Shown here in pieces: positions 1-7,756 of a stretch of 17,489 bases of DNA. The notes under the pieces were generated by a model. That model was not told the DNA's origin and ran no database searches. It saw only the letters and a program-made list of their open reading frames with translations. Position 1 is the first letter of the stretch; every line of letters starts with the position of its first letter. The stretch covers positions 1 to 17,489 of the forward strand of contig CAZFHY010000032.1 in the NCBI GenBank assembly GCA_964519305.1, read 5' to 3'. Made by a program: the position numbers and the translations under genes. Origin of the DNA: Candidatus Undinarchaeota archaeon. GTDB taxonomy: Archaea; SpSt-1190; JASMDC01.

Positions 1-593
1 GAGTCGTCCGATGTGGTGGGTTTCTGCTTGTCTATCTTGACGGGATTGCTAGTCCCGACCGTCTCGGTGTTGTCCATCGCGTCCTTGCTCGAGTACCGCA
101 CGTATCGCGTGCACACCTGCCCTTCGTCGCACGCGATTGCTATTGGCTGTGTGTAGGTGGTGTCGGGCGTGCACGTCCCCGCTGAGTCGGTGCAGTAGGT
201 TATCGCGCCGCACCCCGCCCCCGATCCGTCGTCGCAGGACAGTGTGATGGTCCGGTCACTCGCGTGCCAGCTCCCGTCGGAGTCGTCCGATGTGGTGGGC
301 TTCTGCTTGTCTATCTTGATGGCCACGCTCGTCTTCACGTTCTCCGTGTTGTCGAACACGTCCTTGCTGTAGAAGCGGACATAGTGCGTGCACACGCTCC
401 CCGTCTGGCAAGCGAGGGCCATCGGCCCCGTGTACACCGTCCCGGGCGCGCACGTCCCGTCGCCGTCGGTGCAGTAGTAGGTGGTGTCGCACCCGGCCCC
501 GGAGCCGTCGTCGCACGTCAGGGTGAACTGCTGGTCGCCGCCATACCATCCCTCCACCGTGATGCTGGGCGTCGTGGTGGGTAGATCATTGTC
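1..593 (-). repeat. Tandem 93-94 aa coding repeats (two complete plus start of a third), 6 Cys each
   Basis: Units start at Asp codons ending at 593, 311 and 32 (periods 282 and 279 bp) and share W..D...TL.CDDGSGAGC....YCTD..GTC.P.T.YT.P....C..G.VCT.YVR..SKD..DNTE. DNA 1-40 nearly equals 280-319. Confidence 0.9.
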
Positions 594-2957
594 CACCAGG
601 GAGCGTATCCCCTCGCTCACGGAGAGGTGGTCGTGCTTGGTCACCACCAGTGTCACGGTCCCCTCAGATGAGGATGTGAAGCCGTTGAACGAGGCCTTCC
701 CTTGGGCGTCGGTGGTCCGTACCACTTGGACGTCGCTGCTCTTAGAAAGGCAAACGCGCGCCCCCTCGACGGGCTGCTCGCCAGGTTTCGTTACCGTGAC
801 CTCGAAGGTGTGGGCATGCCCCGTCCGGAAGGCCGCAGGCTGGCCAGAGGCGGTGATGGTAACCGGCTCGCTGGTCCAGATGGGCGTCTCGGGATCGCCC
901 AGGAGGACGTAGCCGTAGTAGTTCCTCAGCCGGTGCTTGTCACTAGTGGAGCCGTAGAACGGATGATCTACCGAGTACTGCGTCTTCGAGCGATAGAGCG
1001 CCTCGCCGGGAGAGTAGTAGCCGGAGAATAGCGACTGCCAGAACAGCTTGTTCATCTTCTGGTTGTACGTGGTGCCGGAATAGGAGTAGTAGGACACGCG
1101 GCTGGCGCCTACGTACCCTATCGCCCCCGACGAGGCCTGGTTGACGAGCCACTCGCCCAGGGAGTCCGAGGAGCCGTCGAACAGCGCCGTCAGGCAGGCG
1201 CCCGCGTACACCATGGGGGGATTGTCCTGGTTCGTGAGCGTGTTTGAAGTGGACAGGAAGTTGGTCCACTGGATCTCGTTCGTGCACCCGCACGAGGAGC
1301 AGTCCCTGTCGCAGAACCCGTCAGAGTCATGGTCCTGGGTCCAAAGGAGCCTGCTGATACTCGTCTTGGACCCATGCGCCTCCATAGAGAGCACGCCGTA
1401 GCCCTGGTTGATCTGCGAGACGACGTTGGTGTTGGTGAGCGGCTCGGTGCATTCATAGGTGGACGGATCTATCCCCGATTTCTCGTACAGCGTCGTGAAG
1501 GAGTAGTCCTGGGGGAACACATCGTTCTTGAGCGTCTCCATGATCTTCGCATCGTCGCACCTGGTGCTGATCTCGACCTGATTGTCGCAGTCGTTGTCCT
1601 CGCGATAGTTGGAGATGGCGCCCAGGAGGAGGGCCCGTGACATCCACTCGCCAACCTCCGGATCCTTCTCGTACTTGACGATCTTGTTGGCCACCTGCGA
1701 GGCTGTGGTCCCGTCCGACACGGCGATCCTTCCGACGTACACCTCCGCCGTCAGGTCGATGCGCTGGACACCGCCCCCCCAGTGGTCGTCGACGAGCTCG
1801 CCGTAAAGGTGGTCGCCGTCGTAGTCCCAGTTGCTGCTCAGGTCAGCGTAGTAGAGGTCCGTGGGTGTGGAGTCGCCGTCGCAGAGGTAACCAGTGTGCG
1901 AGCCCGTGTTCCCCCCCACCTTGTCGTACGCGCATCGCGGGGGGACGTAGTTATAGTCCCCGAGGAGCAGGACCCACTTGGTGCCATAGTTGTTGTGGAG
2001 GTTGATGAGGCCGTTCCTGATCTTCTCGGCGAGGTCGTACCCGGCATAGTTGGAGTTGAAGTATGCCGTCGAGGCGAGACCTACGGTGTATCCCTTTTGG
2101 TACTTCCACGTCCCCAGCGTGTTCGCCGCCGTGTTGAAGGTGGGGCTATAGTACACGACGAGGTACTCGTACGTGGTGCCAGCAGCGGCCGGCGGGTCCT
2201 CCTCTCCTGAGGCGCCCTCGCCGCTCCCGGCCCCGCCCTCCTCCCCTCCACCAGATGGGCCGGGCGCGACGGACGCTGCGAAGCCGTCGTCCAGGGCATA
2301 GTCGTTCTCGACGATTGACCGAATAAAGTCGCGCTCCTCCTCCTGCCCTCCCGCGCCCCGCGGTCCTTCCCAGCCCAGATGGACACGCACCTTCACACGC
2401 GGGTGAAAGAGCAGCGTCCCGCTCGCCTGGTAGTAGGTGAGGGGGTACACCGCCGCCTGGAACACGTCGTACCCCATCATGTGCCTGGTCCCGTAGGACT
2501 TGAAGGGGCGAGGGGGGTAGGGCGCGGACGAGCCGTAGATTGACGCGTTGCGTTGAGGGGGCTTGTTATCGGTCGGGCTAACCGGGTAGGGAGTGGGGGG
2601 TACGTGGTGATTGGTACCTAGGTGAACCGTGGCCAGGTGCAAGACCTCCATGGACGTGACCATGTACCCCTCGGGGATATACAGGGTGACAATCCTCATG
2701 GGGAGCATGGGGTGCGTGGGCTCGGAGATGAACGTAGTGTTCTCGATAGTGATGGTCGTGATCCCGTCCTCATCGACGATCACCGGGTCCGAGAAGGCAA
2801 CCTCGATGTCGAAGTACGTCAGCTCCTGGGAGTACATCGCGCTCGAGGCGATGTTGGAGCTAACGTCGAGCTCGGTAGATAGCACGAGCGACGGGAGCAG
2901 AACCATCAGCAAGAGTCCTAATACTGGGACACCGATTCCTACCTTACAATTCTGCAT
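1..2957 (-). CDS. Secreted C25 (gingipain-family) cysteine peptidase with propeptide, Ig-like domain and C-terminal Cys-rich repeats; partial, continues past position 1
   Basis: Manual translation from ATG at 2957 (MQNCKVGIGVPVLGLLLMVLLPSLVLS, signal-peptide-like) stays open to the window edge. Propeptide-like EPTHPMLPMRIVTLYIPEG; C25 motifs KWVLLLGD, PTDLYYADL, EVYVGRI, KIVKYEK, MEAHGS (His 1374-1376), YAGACLT (Cys 1194-1196), GAIGYVGASR, YVLLGDP. Missing from the ORF track because there is no stop in the window. Confidence 0.9.
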   Translation of the reverse strand, partial: MQNCKVGIGVPVLGLLLMVLLPSLVLSTELDVSSNIASSAMYSQELTYFDIEVAFSDPVIVDEDGITTITIENTTFISEPTHPMLPMRIVTLYIPEGYMVTSMEVLHLATVHLGTNHHVPPTPYPVSPTDNKPPQRNASIYGSSAPYPPRPFKSYGTRHMMGYDVFQAAVYPLTYYQASGTLLFHPRVKVRVHLGWEGPRGAGGQEEERDFIRSIVENDYALDDGFAASVAPGPSGGGEEGGAGSGEGASGEEDPPAAAGTTYEYLVVYYSPTFNTAANTLGTWKYQKGYTVGLASTAYFNSNYAGYDLAEKIRNGLINLHNNYGTKWVLLLGDYNYVPPRCAYDKVGGNTGSHTGYLCDGDSTPTDLYYADLSSNWDYDGDHLYGELVDDHWGGGVQRIDLTAEVYVGRIAVSDGTTASQVANKIVKYEKDPEVGEWMSRALLLGAISNYREDNDCDNQVEISTRCDDAKIMETLKNDVFPQDYSFTTLYEKSGIDPSTYECTEPLTNTNVVSQINQGYGVLSMEAHGSKTSISRLLWTQDHDSDGFCDRDCSSCGCTNEIQWTNFLSTSNTLTNQDNPPMVYAGACLTALFDGSSDSLGEWLVNQASSGAIGYVGASRVSYYSYSGTTYNQKMNKLFWQSLFSGYYSPGEALYRSKTQYSVDHPFYGSTSDKHRLRNYYGYVLLGDPETPIWTSEPVTITASGQPAAFRTGHAHTFEVTVTKPGEQPVEGARVCLSKSSDVQVVRTTDAQGKASFNGFTSSSEGTVTLVVTKHDHLSVSEGIRSLVDNDLPTTTPSITVEGWYGGDQQFTLTCDDGSGAGCDTTYYCTDGDGTCAPGTVYTGPMALACQTGSVCTHYVRFYSKDVFDNTENVKTSVAIKIDKQKPTTSDDSDGSWHASDRTITLSCDDGSGAGCGAITYCTDSAGTCTPDTTYTQPIAIACDEGQVCTRYVRYSSKDAMDNTETVGTSNPVKIDKQKPTTSDD

Positions 2958-2997
2958 AGTAGTAACTACCTGCTAGTTATTGACATTGTTTGGATAG

Positions 2998-3005
2998 CAT
3001 ATAAG
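2998..3005 (-). promoter_or_regulatory. Putative TATA box of the C25 peptidase gene
   Basis: CTTATATG on the minus strand about 40 nt upstream of ATG 2957 in an AT-rich intergenic region. Confidence 0.5.
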
Positions 3006-3057
3006 GGTTGTTGTAATACTCTAAGGATGGTCGGGCCATCGGGGAGCGCTGGCGCGC

Positions 3058-4833
3058 TCACTCGAGGTAGTAGTACTCGCCCTTCGCCTTCTGTTCCCGG
3101 TCCTTTAGGGAGGCCGTCTTGTTCGCGCGTGGCCGACGGGTCTCCGGATCGCGTCGGAAGGTGACGCCCACGTCCTTAAGGAAGAGGTTCATCCCGTCCC
3201 GCATCGCCATGGGGCCCACAGCCTTGCCCGAGACGCCCGGTCGGCCTATGAACACCATGAGCCGGTTGGAGAGGTAGTCGAGGAAGAGGATGTCGTGGTC
3301 GACCACCATGCACGACGCCTCCCGGCGCTCCATGGTGCGGCGGATGACCCGGGCCGCGTTGATGCGCTGCTCGACATCGAGGTATGCCGCGGGCTCGTCG
3401 AGCAGGTACAGGTCGGCATCGCGGGAGAGGCAGACGGCGATGGCGAGGCGCTGGAGCTCACCACCCGACAAGTGGACGATACGCTTGGTGAGCAGGCCCT
3501 CGAGGGCCAGGGGGCGGAGCACTTCGGTCTGGTAGAGCCCCGTACCGACGTCCGCGGAGACGGCCTTGAGCGTGGACTGGACCGTGGCGTTGCCCTTGGC
3601 CTCTAGGTACTGAGGCTTGTACGAGACCTTCACGGTCGTGTCGATGGAGCCCTCGTCAGGCTCCTCCACTCCGGCCAGCATCTTTACCATGGTGGTCTTT
3701 CCGATCCCGTTGGGTCCGACGATCCCCACGACCTCTCCACGGAATACGTTGCCCTTGGGGACGTCCAGGGAGAAGCTGGAGAACTTTCGTTTAAGTCCCT
3801 CGAAGGTCACGAGTTTCTCTGCGTCCCGCTCGGGTATCGGGGCCCGCACATCGAATTTGATGGGGCCGGTCCGGAACCGCACGTTCTCCTCCTTGAGGTA
3901 CCCGCCGAGATATGTGTTGATACCGGCCCGCGCACCGCGCAGGAGGGAGACCACGCCGAACGCCGCCGCCTTGCCGTACATCAGATGAGTGTAATCTGTT
4001 AGGTAGTCGAGGATGACCAGATCGTGCTCGACGACCATCACGGCCTTGTCCTGGGCCGCCAGTTCCCTGATGACCTTGGACACGTTGAGGCGCTGCTTGA
4101 TGTCGAGATAGGACGAGGGTTCGTCAAGGAAGAAGAATTCTGCGTCCCGGGCTAGACATCCTGCGATGGACACACGCTGCATCTCGCCGCCAGAGAGCTT
4201 CTCCACGGGATGGTCGATGAGGTCGGTGAGCTCGAAGGCCTTCACAAGCTCGTCCATACGACCGGCCTGGTCAATCTTCTCCAGAAGCTCACGTGCGCTC
4301 TTGCCTTTGTACAATTTGGGGATCGCGGTGATCTGCTGGGGTTTGAATGCGAGGTTGACCGTACCATTCCGCAGCTCTTGGAGGTAGTTGAGGATCTCGT
4401 TGCCGGCGAAGAAATCCGCGATACCGTCCCAGTCGGCGGGCTCACCAGTTCCAAGGTTAGGTGTCAGCTGGCCGCCGAGGATGGAGATGGCCGTGGACTT
4501 CCCGATACCGTTCGGCCCTAGAAGGCCCACAACGGAACCACGCTTGGGCACCGGAAGCCTGAACAGGCGGAAACCGTTGATACCGAAACGGTGGACCGGT
4601 TCGGTCTTCAGTTCCTCTGGGAGGTTGACGATGATGATCGAGTCGTGAGGGCACTTGTTCACGCAGATACCGCATCCCACGCACAGTTCCTCGTGGATGA
4701 CTGGCTTACCGTCCTCACCCACGGTGACAGTTTCGTCCCCGGTACGGACGCGTGGGCAGAAGCGTTGGCACGTGTACGGACAGTCACGCCCGCCCTGACA
4801 CTCGTCCTTCTTGACGATGGCGATGCGCGTCAT
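3058..4833 (-). CDS. rli: ABCE1/RLI ribosome recycling ATPase
   Basis: N-terminal two-[4Fe-4S] domain (C..C..C..C, then CVGCGICVNKCP), two ABC domains (GPNGIGKS / GPNGIGKT, LSGGEMQR / LSGGELQR, LDEPSSYLD / LDEPAAYLD), C-terminal TFRRD...RPRANK..S.KD.EQK..G.YYY. Confidence 0.98.
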   Translation of the reverse strand: MTRIAIVKKDECQGGRDCPYTCQRFCPRVRTGDETVTVGEDGKPVIHEELCVGCGICVNKCPHDSIIIVNLPEELKTEPVHRFGINGFRLFRLPVPKRGSVVGLLGPNGIGKSTAISILGGQLTPNLGTGEPADWDGIADFFAGNEILNYLQELRNGTVNLAFKPQQITAIPKLYKGKSARELLEKIDQAGRMDELVKAFELTDLIDHPVEKLSGGEMQRVSIAGCLARDAEFFFLDEPSSYLDIKQRLNVSKVIRELAAQDKAVMVVEHDLVILDYLTDYTHLMYGKAAAFGVVSLLRGARAGINTYLGGYLKEENVRFRTGPIKFDVRAPIPERDAEKLVTFEGLKRKFSSFSLDVPKGNVFRGEVVGIVGPNGIGKTTMVKMLAGVEEPDEGSIDTTVKVSYKPQYLEAKGNATVQSTLKAVSADVGTGLYQTEVLRPLALEGLLTKRIVHLSGGELQRLAIAVCLSRDADLYLLDEPAAYLDVEQRINAARVIRRTMERREASCMVVDHDILFLDYLSNRLMVFIGRPGVSGKAVGPMAMRDGMNLFLKDVGVTFRRDPETRRPRANKTASLKDREQKAKGEYYYLE

Positions 4834-5345
4834 TCGTCGTCCCGCTTCTTCTTGTCCTGGACACGGACCTCGAACTCACCACCGAAGAGATAGGCGAGCA
4901 TGGCCACGAACCGATCGAGGTCGACCTCGCCGGCCCGGTTCACCTCGACGAGGCGCTTGGAGCCCGTATCGGTGTAGACGTTGGAGATGGCTCGCAGGCG
5001 GCCCGGGTAGATTACCCTGTCCACGGTGCCCCTCACGTCGTCCCGCTGGCCTACGACGACGACCCGCTTGCCCAGCGTGTCGGTGAGACGCTTGACCCGA
5101 GTACCCTTCTTTCCGATGATGCGGCCCACGTCCTCCACACGAGTGATGATTACGAACCGGTCACCTAGGTCGAATCCCCGGGCGATCTCTGATTCCTGGA
5201 GAGCGCGGGACCGACGACCGATGCGGGCGATGGCGCGTGAGATTGTGATATCGGCCTGGTCGATCTCCCCTGCCTCCAGACGCGGCTCGTCAACAGCACA
5301 GAGGGCTGACGAATTTGCGCAGAATGCACAGATGGGAAGCTTCAT
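4830..5345 (-). CDS. Archaeal NusA-like KH-domain protein with N-terminal Cys cluster (171 aa)
   Basis: Start revised to MKLPICAFCANSSALCAVD (ATG 5345, TATA 23 nt upstream); KH GxxG loop in VGRIIGKKG; ATGA 4-nt overlap with the ABCE1 start. Confidence 0.85.
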   Translation of the reverse strand: MKLPICAFCANSSALCAVDEPRLEAGEIDQADITISRAIARIGRRSRALQESEIARGFDLGDRFVIITRVEDVGRIIGKKGTRVKRLTDTLGKRVVVVGQRDDVRGTVDRVIYPGRLRAISNVYTDTGSKRLVEVNRAGEVDLDRFVAMLAYLFGGEFEVRVQDKKKRDDE

Positions 5346-5368
5346 GCTCAACGAATCCTGCATAAGAG

Positions 5369-5374
5369 TTATAA
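5369..5374. promoter_or_regulatory. Palindromic TATA box TTATAA shared by divergent KH and nadM genes
   Basis: TTATAA lies exactly 23 nt from both ATG 5345 (-) and ATG 5398 (+). Confidence 0.75.
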
Positions 5375-5397
5375 GTGCATCTCGCCTTCTTCCCAGA

Positions 5398-5904
5398 ATG
5401 CGCGCACTCGTCATCGGGCGCTATCAACCGCCCCATAATGGCCATGTCAGGGTGCTCAGCGACATCGCCGCGAAGTTCGACGACGTGGTCGTCGGTATCG
5501 GCTCCGCCCAGGCGTCACATACGCAAAATAACCCCTTCACAGCAGGTGAGCGTGTTTGGATGCTCTCCAAGGTGATGAAGCAGTCTGGCAAGGGTGTGTT
5601 CTTCTTTGTGCCCATCATCGATGTCAATCGTAACGCCATCTGGGTGCGTCACGTGGAGTCCATGTGCCCGCCTATCGATGTAGTGTTCTCCAACAATCCC
5701 TTGGTCCGGCGTCTGTTCTCCGAGGCCGGATTCGACGTGCGCCACTCACCGTTGTACGAGAGGGAGACGCTCTCGGGCACGGAGATCCGACGACGCATCG
5801 TGGCCGGCGAGGACTGGGAGTCGCTCGTCCCGCCCGAGGTCGCCGACCTCATCAAGCGCGTCGACGGGGTCGAGCGCATCCGGACCCTTGAGGAGAAGGA
5901 TTAG
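5398..5904 (+). CDS. nadM: Nicotinamide-nucleotide (NMN) adenylyltransferase (168 aa)
   Basis: MRALVIGRYQPPHNGH (HxGH motif), GIGSAQ.SHT.NNPFTAGER, SNNPLV, SGTEIRRRI, W..LVP. Start at ATG 5398 rather than 5026. Confidence 0.96.
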   Translation: MRALVIGRYQPPHNGHVRVLSDIAAKFDDVVVGIGSAQASHTQNNPFTAGERVWMLSKVMKQSGKGVFFFVPIIDVNRNAIWVRHVESMCPPIDVVFSNNPLVRRLFSEAGFDVRHSPLYERETLSGTEIRRRIVAGEDWESLVPPEVADLIKRVDGVERIRTLEEKD

Positions 5905-5916
5905 GGGATCCGGACC

Positions 5917-6450
5917 GTGGGCCCGTACCCTCAGCAGGCCGGAGGCGCATACCAAAACCAGGGATACGGCTCATACTACGGCAGCCGCGGCTACGGAATG
6001 GTCCAGCAGCGTATGGACTACGGCCAGCCCCAGATGGACTATGGGCAGTCCCAGATGGGCTACGGCCAACCCCAGGCAGCACCCGCTGCGGGTGGGGGGG
6101 GCGTCAGCATATCGCCCAATGTCATAGTCCTCATCCTCCTGCTCGTCGTGGCGGCCTACTTCGGTTACGGCGTCATGACGGACGAGGGGCCTTACGGTCG
6201 TGAGGGGATGAAGGAGTACCTGGCCAAGAACCCGACAACGAAGGTGATGGTCACACTCGTCCATTCGGAGGAGATGTCGTTCGATCAGGTTGTGGACGCG
6301 ATCAACGCCACGGGCGGTCAGCCCTTCGCCGGGGACAAGGCCACTCGAAAGGTACAGTTCTTCATTGCAGCGGCGGATTCCAAGGGTCTGTTAGAGGAAC
6401 CGTGGATCGAGTCCTTCCGGTTCGCTCCCGCCCCTGTGGATAAGACTTAG
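5917..6450 (+). CDS. Hypothetical single-pass membrane protein with N-terminal G/Y/Q low-complexity region
   Basis: GTG start 12 nt after the nadM stop; 53-aa GYQ-rich N-terminus; hydrophobic helix VIVLILLLVVAAYFGYGVM; small alpha/beta C-terminal domain. Confidence 0.8.
   Translation: MGPYPQQAGGAYQNQGYGSYYGSRGYGMVQQRMDYGQPQMDYGQSQMGYGQPQAAPAAGGGGVSISPNVIVLILLLVVAAYFGYGVMTDEGPYGREGMKEYLAKNPTTKVMVTLVHSEEMSFDQVVDAINATGGQPFAGDKATRKVQFFIAAADSKGLLEEPWIESFRFAPAPVDKT
6013..6075 (+). repeat. 3 x 21-bp imperfect coding tandem repeat (MDYGQPQ/MDYGQSQ/MGYGQPQ)
   Basis: atggactacggccagccccag, atggactatgggcagtcccag, atgggctacggccaaccccag read directly. Confidence 0.9.
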
Positions 6451-6459
6451 ACGTGAGCG

Positions 6460-7665
6460 TCAGTCCCGCAGTCGCGTGGCCATGAAGTCCTCGATGGCAT
6501 CGCAGGCACTTTCCAGCTCGGCAGGTGGTGCCAGGAAAACGACACGGAAGTGGTCCTTGCCGAAATCCTCGCAGAACCCGCTGCCATGGACGCACAGCAC
6601 ACCGGCCGTCTCCAGCATGTCCAGCACGAATGCCTTATCGTTCTTCCACGGCCCGCGCTCGATATCGATACGGGGGAAGGCGTAGAACGCGCCCTCGGGT
6701 CGGGCCACTGAGAGCCCGTCGATGGCGTTGATGCGCCGGGAGATGATGTCCCGCCGCTCCATGAGCTTCTTGCGGTTCTCCTCGATATGCTCCTGCGGAC
6801 CCTCCAGGGCGGCCAGTGACGCGACCTGGGCAGGATGGTTCAGACAAAGTCGCACACGCGCCTGGCGGATGCAACCATCGTACAGACCGTCCAATCGCCC
6901 CTCAGAGTCCCTGAAGGCCATGTACCCGACACGCCAGCCAGGGACCATGTAGACCTTCGAGAAACCGTTGAGGAGGATCATGGGTACCTCCTCGGAGAGG
7001 GCCAGGGGTGATGTGTGGGGCAGGTCGTACACCAGCCCGTCATAGATCTCGTCGCTGATGATGGGCAGCTCGTGCTCAGCGGCCAGGTCGATGATCGGAC
7101 CTAGCACCTGGGGCGTGTAAGCGGAGCCCGTGGGATTGTTCGGATTGATGAGAGCGATGGCCTTGGTACGGTCCGTGATCTTGGCGCGCAGGTCATCGAT
7201 ATCGGGTTGCCAGCCGTTGTTCTCGTCCGTTCGGTATGTGCGGGGGATGCCGCCCATGAACTTCACTAGCGTGGTGTACGGCGGGTAGCTCGGTCCCGGA
7301 ACGAGGATCTCGTCCCCCTGCTCCAGCAGCGCTCCGAACAGGAACACGAGCGCCTCGGAGATACCGGCAGTGACTAGCAACTTTGACGGATCCAGATCGA
7401 TACCGTACTTCTTACGCTCATGGTCCACGATGGAACTGATGAGGGGTTTGTACCCTTGCGAGTCGGAGTAACCGTTGTGGCCATCGCGTAGCGCCTGGCA
7501 GTACGCCTCCACCATGTGCGGAGGTGTTTCGAAATCGAAAGCGATTGGGTCGCCGATGTTGAGCTTGAGTATTTTTCGGCCCTGTTCCTCCAGCTTGCGA
7601 GCTGGGATGAGAACGTCACGAATCGCGTACTCGATGTTGGCCGAACGCTTGGTGGGATTGATCAT
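6460..7665 (-). CDS. PLP-dependent class I/II aminotransferase, alanine-aminotransferase-like
   Basis: IEYAIRDV, KLNIGDP, INPNNPTG, SDEIYD, NGFSKVYMVPGWRVGY (PLP lysine), PEGAFYAFP, HFRVVFL; SD GGGTGA 6 nt before ATG. Confidence 0.93.
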   Translation of the reverse strand: MINPTKRSANIEYAIRDVLIPARKLEEQGRKILKLNIGDPIAFDFETPPHMVEAYCQALRDGHNGYSDSQGYKPLISSIVDHERKKYGIDLDPSKLLVTAGISEALVFLFGALLEQGDEILVPGPSYPPYTTLVKFMGGIPRTYRTDENNGWQPDIDDLRAKITDRTKAIALINPNNPTGSAYTPQVLGPIIDLAAEHELPIISDEIYDGLVYDLPHTSPLALSEEVPMILLNGFSKVYMVPGWRVGYMAFRDSEGRLDGLYDGCIRQARVRLCLNHPAQVASLAALEGPQEHIEENRKKLMERRDIISRRINAIDGLSVARPEGAFYAFPRIDIERGPWKNDKAFVLDMLETAGVLCVHGSGFCEDFGKDHFRVVFLAPPAELESACDAIEDFMATRLRD

Positions 7666-7703
7666 GGCGTGTCACCCTGTGTGCGGGGCACAACACCATG
7701 ACG

Positions 7704-7716
7704 GGTTTTAAAAACC
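7704..7716 (-). promoter_or_regulatory. TATA box of the aminotransferase gene within a short palindrome
   Basis: Minus strand GGTTTTTAAAACC about 40 nt upstream of ATG 7665, leaving room for a leader with the SD at 7672-7677. Confidence 0.6.
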
Positions 7717-7756
7717 TGAGCCCCGCGTCGGGGGCGAGATCCCATGGTGACAGATC

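Noticed and set aside
2959-2968. 10-mer TAGTTACTAC shared with 14649-14658
   Set aside because: Different distance from TATA in each promoter; one 10-mer match is expected by chance.
256-2976. Many short ORFs in the track on both strands
   Set aside because: They are shadows or off-frame reads of the single C25 peptidase frame in GC-rich DNA.
2966-2986. Possible uORF MSITSR upstream of the peptidase
   Set aside because: Its ATG is only about 11 nt from the TATA box, upstream of the expected TSS.
5026-5414. Long overlap between N-terminally extended nadM and KH ORFs
   Set aside because: Artefact of first-start calling; family N-termini and TATA spacing give 5398 and 5345.
6013-6075. 21-bp repeats as a CRISPR or VNTR element
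   Set aside because: No spacers, in frame, with synonymous variation; it is a coding repeat.
7720-7735. Hairpin GCCCC-N6-GGGGC after the kinase gene as a terminator
   Set aside because: A 5-bp GC stem is common at this GC content; support is too weak.
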